Of a stretch of 57,274 nt of DNA, positions 9,596 to 17,989 are shown one piece after another. Source of the DNA: an uncultured Clostridia bacterium (lineage in GTDB: Bacteria > Bacillota > Clostridia > Christensenellales > UBA1242). The position numbers and the translations under genes are program-made. Numbering within the stretch: position 1 is the stretch's first letter; each line of letters starts with the position of its first letter. The stretch spans positions 1 to 57,274 of the forward strand of contig CANQIX010000003.1 of NCBI GenBank assembly GCA_947624105.1. The letters run 5' to 3'. Below the pieces are notes generated by a model. That model searched no databases. It worked only from the letters and a program-made list of their open reading frames with translations, and had not been told where the DNA came from.

Positions 9596-9851
9596 GCAGT
9601 TGCTTGATAGAATCAAGCCGAGCCCACGGCAATAAAAAAAGACCTAAAAAGGTCTAGTTTGGTGGACTGCCGGGGGAACGTTATGAAACTTGCTTAGGAG
9701 CAAGTTGAATGGCCGACCACGAAAACTTACTTGACCGGTCCGACCCGGACTTGTCCGGGGTTAACTGCAGGGCAGTTGCTTGATAAAATCAAGCCGAGCC
9801 CACGGCAATAAAAAAAGACCTAAAAGGTCTAGTTTGGTGGACTGCCGGGGG
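9596..9851. repeat. Direct repeat (9596-9676 and 9772-9851) of the tRNA-Lys 3' end, terminator and downstream palindromes
   Basis: About 80-bp near-identical copies (one substitution, one 1-bp indel), period 176 bp; each includes 17 nt of the tRNA 3' end. Confidence 0.93.
9810..9830 (-). terminator. Terminator of tRNA-Lys
   Basis: On the minus strand AGACC-TTTTA-GGTCT followed by a T tract, directly after CCA. Confidence 0.6.
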
Positions 9852-9910
9852 CTCGAACCCCGGACCCTTCGATTAAGAGTCGAATGCTCTACCAACTGAG
9901 CTAGCAGTCC
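9835..9910 (-). tRNA. tRNA-Lys(CTT)
   Basis: Reverse complement GGACTGCTAGCTCAGTTGGTAGAGCATTCGACTCTTAATCGAAGGGTCCGGGGTTCGAGCCCCCGGCAGTCCACCA; 76-nt cloverleaf, anticodon CTT, encoded CCA. Confidence 0.97.
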
Positions 9911-9946
9911 AAATTTGGTATACCACCGCAACAAAAAACTATGTGT

Positions 9947-9975
9947 ATTATACAACACATTTTTTTAATTGTCAA
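9947..9975 (-). promoter_or_regulatory. Sigma-A promoter of tRNA-Lys
   Basis: Perfect TTGACA-17 bp-TATAAT on the minus strand. Confidence 0.85.
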
Positions 9976-9989
9976 TCATTTTACAACAA

Positions 9990-10175
9990 TTACGCGTCAA
10001 AATTTGCGTCTGGGTCAATTACTCCGTGTAGACTTTCAAAATCTTGAAGATAGCGCTTAATTGCCATTTCAATTTCTTTATTTTTGGAACGACCATTGTA
10101 TTTTGCTGTGTAATCTATTTTTTTGTGCAATTTTTGTGAAATTCTAAGCGTATATCGTGGAAAATTGTATTCCAT
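9990..10175 (-). CDS. Arc-family ribbon-helix-helix DNA-binding protein
   Basis: 61 aa, MEYNFPRYTLRISQKLHKKIDYTAKYNGRSKNKEI; Arc-like YTLRI...GRSxNxEI; GGAGG RBS before ATG 10175. Confidence 0.82.
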   Translation of the reverse strand: MEYNFPRYTLRISQKLHKKIDYTAKYNGRSKNKEIEMAIKRYLQDFESLHGVIDPDANFDA

Positions 10176-10255
10176 AGATTTTCTTCCTCCATTGAGAAAT
10201 TTTACTAAATATTTAAAATAATTACACAACTTTGACGGCAGCGTGATGTCATATT

Positions 10256-10282
10256 TTCGACATATTTCGACACAATTCGACA
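10256..10282 (-). promoter_or_regulatory. Three tandem Spo0A boxes (TGTCGAA)
   Basis: ttcgaca at 10256, 10266 and 10276, exactly 10 bp apart; reverse complement is the consensus 0A box. Confidence 0.7.
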
Positions 10283-10318
10283 TATAACAATTTGGAAAAA
10301 AGATTGATATATATTATT

Positions 10319-11311
10319 ATGGGAAACACAAATTTAAAGGTTATATCAAAATCCGCTTTGCTAAATAATTTAAGCCGATTTGCATCTAAAAAAATATGCC
10401 TAATGGTCAAGGCAAACGCCTATGGGCACGGAGTGGCGGAAATTGTTAGGGCGAGCGATGATGTTGTCTATGCTTATGGCGTTGCAACAGAAAGAGAGGC
10501 GGTGGAACTTAGAAAGTTGACCCGAAGAAAGGTTATCGTCTTTGGGAAGGTGCAAGATTTTCATAATTGCGTTAAAAACAACATTGAATTTATGGTGGAC
10601 GAACTAGAAGACTTGTGGCTTGCAATAAAAAGCGGCGCAAAACACCTTATGCATCTTGCCATAAATGTTGGAATGAACAGATATGGATTTAAGAATAATT
10701 TTGATAAAATATTGCAAATTGTGGACAAAAATGAGGTAAAATTTTGTTCAATTTACACGCATTTCCCAAATACGAGCGATAAAAAACAGACGGAATATGA
10801 GTATAAAAAGTTTGTGGAAATTTCAAATAACTTTTTAAGCACTCCAAAGTGTTTGGGCGGCAGCGAGGTTTATGCCTATAACTTTGACTACGACATCTTG
10901 CGACTTGGAATATGCGCTTATGGATATGGCGATGGTGTGAAACCGATTATGAGAATAGAGTCTAAGATAGTGAAAGTTTTAAAGTTAAAACGCGGCGAAT
11001 TTATCGGCTACGGAAGGGAATATATGGCAAAGGAAGATGGACTTTTTGGAGTTGTGCCGATTGGATATTTTGACGGACTGAGAAGGGGACTATCTTCCAA
11101 TTTTGAAGTTACTATCGGCGGAAAGAAATATCACTCGGTTGGCAACATCTGTATGGATTGCTTTTTTGTTAAGATTGACAAGAATGTAAAGTTGTTTGAC
11201 AAAGTTGTCGTTATGGACGATGCCGATTATTTTGCGAAAAAGTTAGGCACGATTTCGTATGAAGTTTTAACAGGATTCAATTCGCTGCGCGCAAACACTA
11301 TAATAGAGTAG
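10319..11311 (+). CDS. alr: Alanine racemase
   Basis: VKANAYGHG (PLP lysine), GMNRYG, YTHF, IGYG, GYFDG, ICMD, TISYEVL. Confidence 0.93.
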   Translation: MGNTNLKVISKSALLNNLSRFASKKICLMVKANAYGHGVAEIVRASDDVVYAYGVATEREAVELRKLTRRKVIVFGKVQDFHNCVKNNIEFMVDELEDLWLAIKSGAKHLMHLAINVGMNRYGFKNNFDKILQIVDKNEVKFCSIYTHFPNTSDKKQTEYEYKKFVEISNNFLSTPKCLGGSEVYAYNFDYDILRLGICAYGYGDGVKPIMRIESKIVKVLKLKRGEFIGYGREYMAKEDGLFGVVPIGYFDGLRRGLSSNFEVTIGGKKYHSVGNICMDCFFVKIDKNVKLFDKVVVMDDADYFAKKLGTISYEVLTGFNSLRANTIIE

Positions 11312-11316
11312 TTTAG

Positions 11317-11345
11317 TTGATATTTTTTTAGCATTTTGATATAAT
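11317..11345 (+). promoter_or_regulatory. Sigma-A promoter, likely leaderless rsmD mRNA
   Basis: TTGATA-17 bp-(TGa)TATAAT-6 bp-ATG with no SD. Confidence 0.7.
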
Positions 11346-11351
11346 TTTGCT

Positions 11352-11876
11352 ATGAAAGTTAGTTCTGGAACGCTAAAAGGGAAAAATTTAATAGAAAATA
11401 AGTTTGATCACATAAGGCCAACAACCGACAAAGTTAAGCAGGCGTTATTTACAAAACTGCAATTTTTTTTGCCGGGAAAGGCAGTTTTGGATTTGTTTTG
11501 CGGAACGGGCGCGCTTGGAATCGAAGCGCTAAGCCGTGGGGCAGGAAGCGTAATTTTTGTCGATAAAGATGCAAGAAGTTGCAATATGACAAGTCAAAAT
11601 CTTAAAAACCTAAAATTAGACGCCAAAGTTGTGAAAATCGACTCGGTCGAATTTGTTAAGATTTGCAAAGAAAGTTACGACCTTATTATTTTAGATCCGC
11701 CATACAAAAGCGGGCTATATGAGAAGGTTGTGCCAAATCTCCCAAAAATTTTGAACGATGACGGGATTGTTGTGTGCGAGCACGCAAAAAATGACACCTT
11801 TTGTTATGAACCTTTCGAGATTTTTGACGAAAAAACGTATGGAAATATTATGCTGACATATTTGATGAAAAAATAA
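11352..11876 (+). CDS. rsmD: 16S rRNA (guanine966-N2)-methyltransferase
   Basis: IRPTTDKVKQALF, LDLFCGTGALGIEALSRGA, ILDPPY, VCEH. Confidence 0.93.
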   Translation: MKVSSGTLKGKNLIENKFDHIRPTTDKVKQALFTKLQFFLPGKAVLDLFCGTGALGIEALSRGAGSVIFVDKDARSCNMTSQNLKNLKLDAKVVKIDSVEFVKICKESYDLIILDPPYKSGLYEKVVPNLPKILNDDGIVVCEHAKNDTFCYEPFEIFDEKTYGNIMLTYLMKK

Positions 11877-11917
11877 ACAATTTTTTGCAGCAAACATATA
11901 TATTCTTAGAGGTATAT

Positions 11918-13633
11918 ATGTGCGGAATTTGTGCTTGTATTGGAAATTTTTTATGTAAAGATTTTATTATTGATGGTTTAAAGAAATTGGAATACCGCGG
12001 ATACGATTCTGCTGGTATTTCTTTTATTGACAATAATGCGCTGAAAGTGATAAAAACTGTGGGAGATATTGATGCGCTAAGCAAACTTGCAGAAGGCGTA
12101 AAGGCCGATGCGATTATTGGGCACACTCGTTGGGCAACTCACGGTGGCGTTACAGTGGAAAATGCTCACCCACACCTATCGAAAAGTGGCAAACTTGCAA
12201 TCGTTCACAATGGTGTGATTGAAAATTATAAAGACTTAAAAGCACAGATGGATGTAGAGTGGAAATCGTCGACTGATAGCGAAGTTTTTGTAAATTTAAT
12301 CGAGCGGCAAAAAGAGGATTGCTTGATAAGAAAAGTTATCTCGGCTTCTAAAAAAGTTGAGGGGAGTTTTGCAATTGCACTGCTCTCTGCCGATGGAGAA
12401 ATTGTTGCTGGCAGAAGAGAAAATCCGCTATACATAGCAGAGGTTGATGGTGGCTTTGTTGCGACAAGCGACCTATACGTTTTAAGTGAAAAAACAGAAA
12501 ATTATTTTGCTCTTGAAAACGATGAGTTTGCAGTTTTGAAAAAGTCAGGTGTGGAATTTTATGATAAAAATGGCGAAAAAATAGCAAAAAAACAGCAAAA
12601 AATTGAAAAATTTAATAAAATTTCTGCAAAATTTAAAAATACGCATATGGAAAGCGAAATTTTTGAAGCAAAAGATGTGCTAGAAAAAACATTGGATTTT
12701 TATCTAAAATATGGATTTTCAACTATCAAAATTCCAAAGAACTTGCAGGAGATAAATTTCATTGCGTGCGGAACGGCATACCACAGCGGGCTTGTCGCAG
12801 CAGAATATTTTAAGAAGATTGGCTTGCCATCTCACACCTACATTGCAAGCGAATTTAGATATGGAAATGAGGTGCTAAACTTAAACGCACTCTATGTGTT
12901 TATTAGTCAAAGTGGAGAAACCGCCGACACCATTGCATCTGCAAAACTCATTAAAGAGAGTGGGTGCAAAATGCTGGCAGTTACAAACACACAAAATTGC
13001 TTTTTAAATCAGATTTGTCAAAATGTGCTGCCTACCTTTGCCGGCAAAGAGATTGCAGTTGCTTCAACAAAAGCGTATCTTGCGCAAGTGTTTTCGCTCT
13101 ATCTTTTTGCTTGTTTTTTGGGTGGAAGAGATGTCAAAGAGGCGAGTGATGCTGTTTCAAAGTTTGAGATTGTTGACTTTCCAGATTCGCTAACGCAATA
13201 TGCCTTAAAATTTAAAAAAATAATATTTGTCGGCAGGGGACTAGACTATATAACCGCCCTTGAAGCGAGTTTGAAGTTGAAGGAAATTTCTTACATTAAT
13301 TCAATCGCCATTGCAAGTGGGGAACTTAAACACGGAACTCTTGCCCTTGTTGACAATGAAACGCTTGTTGTTGGAATCCTTACTCAGCAGAAGACGAGAG
13401 AAAAATTTTTGACAAATTTAGAAGAAGTAAAGGCGCGTGGCGGAGAGATTTTGCTTGTTTCAAATTGCATCGAAGAGGGATACAACTGTTTGACTCTGCC
13501 TAATTGCGCCGAAGACCTTATGCCAATCTATTCTGTCGTTCCTTTGCAGATATTTGCCTTAAAAATGTGCAAAAAATTGGGATTTAACCCCGATAAACCG
13601 CGAAATCTTGCAAAATCGGTTACAGTGGAGTAG
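11918..13633 (+). CDS. glmS: Glutamine--fructose-6-phosphate aminotransferase
   Basis: N-terminal MCGI, LEYRGYDSAG, GHTRWATHG, SQSGETADT, PRNLAKSVTVE. Confidence 0.97.
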   Translation: MCGICACIGNFLCKDFIIDGLKKLEYRGYDSAGISFIDNNALKVIKTVGDIDALSKLAEGVKADAIIGHTRWATHGGVTVENAHPHLSKSGKLAIVHNGVIENYKDLKAQMDVEWKSSTDSEVFVNLIERQKEDCLIRKVISASKKVEGSFAIALLSADGEIVAGRRENPLYIAEVDGGFVATSDLYVLSEKTENYFALENDEFAVLKKSGVEFYDKNGEKIAKKQQKIEKFNKISAKFKNTHMESEIFEAKDVLEKTLDFYLKYGFSTIKIPKNLQEINFIACGTAYHSGLVAAEYFKKIGLPSHTYIASEFRYGNEVLNLNALYVFISQSGETADTIASAKLIKESGCKMLAVTNTQNCFLNQICQNVLPTFAGKEIAVASTKAYLAQVFSLYLFACFLGGRDVKEASDAVSKFEIVDFPDSLTQYALKFKKIIFVGRGLDYITALEASLKLKEISYINSIAIASGELKHGTLALVDNETLVVGILTQQKTREKFLTNLEEVKARGGEILLVSNCIEEGYNCLTLPNCAEDLMPIYSVVPLQIFALKMCKKLGFNPDKPRNLAKSVTVE

Positions 13634-13702
13634 TTTTTGTTATTTTTTTCGCCCTCACCTCATATCGTTTACTAAGTATACATTTTTAGGAGGGAGGTAA
13701 TA

Positions 13703-14107
13703 ATGAAAGGTAAAGCAGGGGCTTCTGCCGCCGAAAAGAAACCAATATTTAAAGTGCTGTTAAAGGGAGTTGTTGTAAGTTTGTGTGTGGCATTTGTGCT
13801 TGTGCTTCTGTTTGCCTTCATACTGAGGTTCACAACAATCTCCGACAGCATCATTGCACCGGTAAACGAAGTGATAAAGGGTGTGTCGATATTTTTAGGC
13901 GTTTTTATCGGTATGCGAAAAGTTAAAAGCAACGGCATAATTTCTGGGATTCTCATAGGATTTTTCTTTACCATACTTGCTTTTTTGATTTTTTCGCTGC
14001 TAGATGGACATATTGTGTTTGACAAGACTCTTATCTTTGATTTGATTTTTGGAACTATCATTGGCGGTATATGTGGAATTATCTCCGTCAACCTAAAAAA
14101 AATTTAA
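13703..14107 (+). CDS. TIGR04086/YrzE-like small membrane protein
   Basis: 134 aa with four TM segments ending GGICGIISVN; upstream of secD as is usual in Firmicutes. Confidence 0.7.
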   Translation: MKGKAGASAAEKKPIFKVLLKGVVVSLCVAFVLVLLFAFILRFTTISDSIIAPVNEVIKGVSIFLGVFIGMRKVKSNGIISGILIGFFFTILAFLIFSLLDGHIVFDKTLIFDLIFGTIIGGICGIISVNLKKI

Positions 14108-14115
14108 CTATTTGA

Positions 14116-14144
14116 TTGACAATAGCCCCGTTTTGTATTATACT
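14116..14144 (+). promoter_or_regulatory. Sigma-A promoter of secDF
   Basis: TTGACA-17 bp-TATACT. Confidence 0.75.
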
Positions 14145-14179
14145 TATCAAAGTATTTTAACGACATTTTAAGGGGCACT

Positions 14180-15544
14180 ATGGCACGTAAACTAAATCGA
14201 TCACAAAAAAATTCAATCCGTAACTTTGTTGCTATGGCACTTCTCACAGTTATAGGATTGTTTTTTACATTTTGCAGTATTCCAGTTCCATTTTCATCAA
14301 CAGGGGAAATCTTTAATGGTTTTGCCGGTTCTGTTTCTGTTGGTATGGACCTTTCTGGCGGAGTTTCTGCCGTATATGACTGCGCATTACCAGAGGGGAG
14401 TGAAAAATCACTTGACAGCGCAATAAGATCAACTGTAAATCGCGTTTCGGATCTTCTTAACAGAGAATACAGCGAGGCTGTTGTAACAAGCCTTGGAAGT
14501 TCTCAAATTCTTGTTGAAGTATCCGGAGCAGAAGACAACGACTCTGTCTTTTCAAATATAGGACAAGGTAAAACACTATACCTAACCTATGAAGAGCACG
14601 GAAAAGTGTATGTTGATGGAAGCAAAGATATCAAAAATATGAAAGCACTCTTTCAATCATATTGGGGAGTTTTAATTGAATTTACCGAAGAAGGACAAGC
14701 ACACTTTGCTGAATTAACAAGACTTGCCGGTGAATCTAGCGACCAAAAAATTCACTTCTATCTTGGAGATGTTGAAGGCGAAGAATTAACATATATGCAA
14801 TGCACTTCCGAAATCAACGAGGCAAGCACATTCATAGGAAACAGCGATTGGTCGGAAGATAACGCAATAACATACATCTACCAAATCGTTGGCGGAACTT
14901 TTGAATCAACACTTACACTAAAAGAAATTACAACTGTTTCTGCAACACTTGGCGACAACACGCTCACTCTTGTTATGATTGCTCTTGCAGTTGCACTTTT
15001 GCTTGTTATGATTTTGATGTGGGTTAGATATGGCGCACTTGGACTTCTTGCCGACTTTGCTATGCTTATCTACACAGTTCTGTTTGTCTTCTTGATGCAG
15101 GCTGTTACACTTATTCAACTTACAATGTCAGGCATCGGGGCAATATTATTAAGTTATCTATTCTTAATCGATGGAATGATCATCACATTTGAAAAGATTA
15201 GAAATGAATATCGACTTGGAAAGAAGATTCCTCTTTCTGTTAAAAACGGAATCAATGGTTCTTTCTGGACGATATTTGACACATCGATTGCTGGACTTTT
15301 GCTTAGCGTTGTTCTCTGCATTGCGGGAACACCAAAAGTTTTAAGTTTTGGACTTATCCTTGTTGTTGGAATCGCTTTGTCGTTCTTTGTAAACCAAGTT
15401 TTACTTCGTGGATTTGCAAAGTGGTATGTTGCATTAAACGGCACAAAACCAAAATCTTTGCATTTTCCAAAACAAGTTAAGCACGAAAAGGCAACAGATG
15501 AGATTGTTGTTGAATACGAAGGAGGTGATGTGAATGAAAAATAA
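14180..15544 (+). CDS. secD: Protein translocase subunit SecD
   Basis: GMDLSGG motif, VSATLG, IDGMIITFEKIRNE, TIFDTSI; TM1, extracytoplasmic domain, five TMs. Confidence 0.88.
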   Translation: MARKLNRSQKNSIRNFVAMALLTVIGLFFTFCSIPVPFSSTGEIFNGFAGSVSVGMDLSGGVSAVYDCALPEGSEKSLDSAIRSTVNRVSDLLNREYSEAVVTSLGSSQILVEVSGAEDNDSVFSNIGQGKTLYLTYEEHGKVYVDGSKDIKNMKALFQSYWGVLIEFTEEGQAHFAELTRLAGESSDQKIHFYLGDVEGEELTYMQCTSEINEASTFIGNSDWSEDNAITYIYQIVGGTFESTLTLKEITTVSATLGDNTLTLVMIALAVALLLVMILMWVRYGALGLLADFAMLIYTVLFVFLMQAVTLIQLTMSGIGAILLSYLFLIDGMIITFEKIRNEYRLGKKIPLSVKNGINGSFWTIFDTSIAGLLLSVVLCIAGTPKVLSFGLILVVGIALSFFVNQVLLRGFAKWYVALNGTKPKSLHFPKQVKHEKATDEIVVEYEGGDVNEK

Positions 15545-16622
15545 TCGCCTATCGTTTGATGAAAAACTTGAAAGCACAAAGGTTAATTTTAATAGACGCA
15601 CACTTCTTTACCTCATCGCACCAGTAATAATAATTCTTGTTGGCATCGTGCTGGTATGCTCGATAAATTTCAATCTTGGAATCGACTTTACTGGGGGATC
15701 GACCCTTACTGTATATACAAACTCTGCAAAAGATGAAGGCTTTTCTGAAAAAGGCTATGACTTAAGCATCAACAAAGAGTATAACGAAGTAAAGAAAATT
15801 CTTAAAAACACACTTAAAAAGTTTGACGTTTCGGTTGCATCGTATCAAAAGATTGGAATTACCATAAATGACTATGCCGTAGTTCCAGCAAGTGGCGAAA
15901 AAAATGCCGTAATCGTCAAATATCAAAACTCTAAAGAAGATGTTGACGCCGAAAACAGAGAGATTCGACTTGCTGTTTTGGAAGCACTTGGATATGACGT
16001 CGAATTTGATGAAGTATTTGTTATAAGTGGAGCGGTTAATCCATCTGTAAACGCGGAATACTTTATGCGTATGGCAATTGCACTTGCAGTTTGCATCGTT
16101 TTGACCTTTGTTTATGTTTGGATTAGATTCAACATTCAGGGCGCTTTTGCCGCGCTTTTGACCGCAATGATTGACGTGTTTGTTGCAGCAGGACTTGTTG
16201 CTATATTTAGAATTAAAGTTGGCACTGCTTTTGTAACGGCACTGTTTGGAGTGTTAATCTTCTCAGTTATCTCAACTTTTGTTGTGGTAAGCAAAATGAA
16301 ACAACACCTAAAGGTTGGGTTGTCGCTCGCTAAGGTTGAAAACGAGGAGATAGTTAACAGAGCGGTTGTTTCAAACCTTGTTAGAACGATTTTGATGTCT
16401 ATCACATTTGTAGTTGCCGGTGTTGTTGTTATGGCATTTGGCGGCTTGACAGTTACCGAATTTTTGTTGACAATCGTGTTTGGAGCACTTTCTTCCTTCT
16501 ATACATCAACATTTATAACTCCAGCGCTTTGGGCTGCAGTTTACAAACCATCAAAACGTAAACTTGAAAAATACAAAGAAAAAGCAGAAAAGAGGGACAA
16601 AAAAGAGGAATATCAAGTTTAA
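15534..16622 (+). CDS. secF: Protein translocase subunit SecF (divergent)
   Basis: NLGIDFTGG, YVWIRF, LVRTILMS, SSFYTSTFITP; overlaps the secD stop. Confidence 0.85.
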   Translation: MKNNRLSFDEKLESTKVNFNRRTLLYLIAPVIIILVGIVLVCSINFNLGIDFTGGSTLTVYTNSAKDEGFSEKGYDLSINKEYNEVKKILKNTLKKFDVSVASYQKIGITINDYAVVPASGEKNAVIVKYQNSKEDVDAENREIRLAVLEALGYDVEFDEVFVISGAVNPSVNAEYFMRMAIALAVCIVLTFVYVWIRFNIQGAFAALLTAMIDVFVAAGLVAIFRIKVGTAFVTALFGVLIFSVISTFVVVSKMKQHLKVGLSLAKVENEEIVNRAVVSNLVRTILMSITFVVAGVVVMAFGGLTVTEFLLTIVFGALSSFYTSTFITPALWAAVYKPSKRKLEKYKEKAEKRDKKEEYQV

Positions 16623-16626
16623 TATT

Positions 16627-16652
16627 AAGACTGCTGTTTGGCAGTCTTTTTT
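16627..16652 (+). terminator. Intrinsic terminator
   Basis: aagactgc-tgtttg-gcagtcttttt. Confidence 0.75.
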
Positions 16653-16759
16653 ATTGCATAAATTTTTAAGATAGTTGCCTTGCATAACCTACCTTTCGTT
16701 TGACTTTTTAGCCTAAAATTAGGTATTATTTTATATATATCAATGATAACGGAGAGGCT

Positions 16760-17989
16760 ATGAGTATACTATATAAAAATGCTCTTCTTGTCGACTTTGA
16801 AACAGGGGATAGTTCTAAGGTTGACATACTTGTTGAGGAAAATAAAATTGTCGAAATTGCAAGCAAAATCAAGGCAGATGCCGAGGTTGTTGACCTCGAT
16901 GGAAACATCGTTATGCCTGCCTTTTGCAACTGCTATTTTAAGTCTGGCGAGGCGTTTTATAACTCTTATCTAAACGCACAAAATTCTTATTGTAACGGAC
17001 TTCAAAGTGCCGATGGCGAGTTTACGCAAAACATCTACTTCGGCGGAAGAACTTTGACTGCGGAAGAGAAAAACTGCGTCCGTGATTTCTTGACCTACAA
17101 AAATCTGCTTGCCGGTGCAGTGTATTTCTTTGATTTTTCTAATGTCGAGAATCTGTCTAATGTCGACATAATTTCTTTATGGAAAAACAAGTTAAATGCG
17201 GTTACGAACAGGCAGTTAAGTATGTTTGCAAGCGCCGGCGCTTTAGAAACAGACGATGAGGAGAAAGAGAATTTTTCTTACATCGAAGATATCGCACAAC
17301 TAGAAGAAAAACAACTAGACAATTTCTGCGTTGACTTAAAAGAAAATGTCATAGTAAAAGTTGGGCAGAATCTTGAAGAGATGGGCAAGATAAACTCCAA
17401 AACCAAGAGTATGCCAAGTGAATATATCGAAAGTTTTGGCATCTTAGATAATCACGCAATTATCGTTGGGAGCAACTGCTTTGAAAAAGATGAAATTTCG
17501 CTGTTTTCTGGCTATGACACCGATTTTGTGCTGTTACCAAATGATGATGCAAGAAGTGGCAGACGCTTTGCAAACTTAAACCTTTTAAAAGAACTCAATC
17601 TTGGCATCGGGAGTGGAAGTTTTGCGGAAATTGACTTTTTTGCGTTTATGAGACAAATTCTCTCTTACAACTCGTTTGTTATGGAGTCTTCAAACCTTAT
17701 GGACGAAAGAAAAGTGCTTAGAATGGCAACGATTGACGGCGCAAAGATTATGGGCGTTGACTCGAAAGTAAAGGTTGGAAATCCTGCCAACTTTTTGGTG
17801 CTAAATTATAAAAACATCTTTAGCAACGACATCTTCAAAGGTATTATCTATGAACTTTCAAAAGAGGACATAGTTTACAGCGTTGTGAACGGAAAAATTA
17901 TTTGCAAAAATGGTGTTTTTGTTATGGAAAACCAAGCGAAATATGATAAAATAAAAGAGTGCATAAGAAGCATATTAAGGAGTAATTAA
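16760..17989 (+). CDS. Amidohydrolase-superfamily (MtaD/SsnA-like) protein, metal ligands absent
   Basis: N-terminal beta-sandwich (DILVEENKIVEI...DLDGNIVMPAF) and C-terminal MATIDGAKIMG...VGNPANFLV are typical; HxH and Asp ligands are missing. Confidence 0.75.
   Translation: MSILYKNALLVDFETGDSSKVDILVEENKIVEIASKIKADAEVVDLDGNIVMPAFCNCYFKSGEAFYNSYLNAQNSYCNGLQSADGEFTQNIYFGGRTLTAEEKNCVRDFLTYKNLLAGAVYFFDFSNVENLSNVDIISLWKNKLNAVTNRQLSMFASAGALETDDEEKENFSYIEDIAQLEEKQLDNFCVDLKENVIVKVGQNLEEMGKINSKTKSMPSEYIESFGILDNHAIIVGSNCFEKDEISLFSGYDTDFVLLPNDDARSGRRFANLNLLKELNLGIGSGSFAEIDFFAFMRQILSYNSFVMESSNLMDERKVLRMATIDGAKIMGVDSKVKVGNPANFLVLNYKNIFSNDIFKGIIYELSKEDIVYSVVNGKIICKNGVFVMENQAKYDKIKECIRSILRSN

Noticed and set aside
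9596-9851. attL/attR of a prophage or island at tRNA-Lys
   Set aside because: The duplicated 3' end is only ~176 bp away, the duplication extends ~63 bp past the tRNA, and no integrase is present.
9560-9860. CRISPR array
   Set aside because: Only two long units, tRNA-derived, with no repeat-spacer regularity and no cas genes.
9761-9958. 65-aa minus-strand ORF
   Set aside because: It spans tRNA-Lys and its promoter; not a credible CDS.
11877-11917. glmS ribozyme
   Set aside because: The intergenic gap is only ~40 bp with no ribozyme core.
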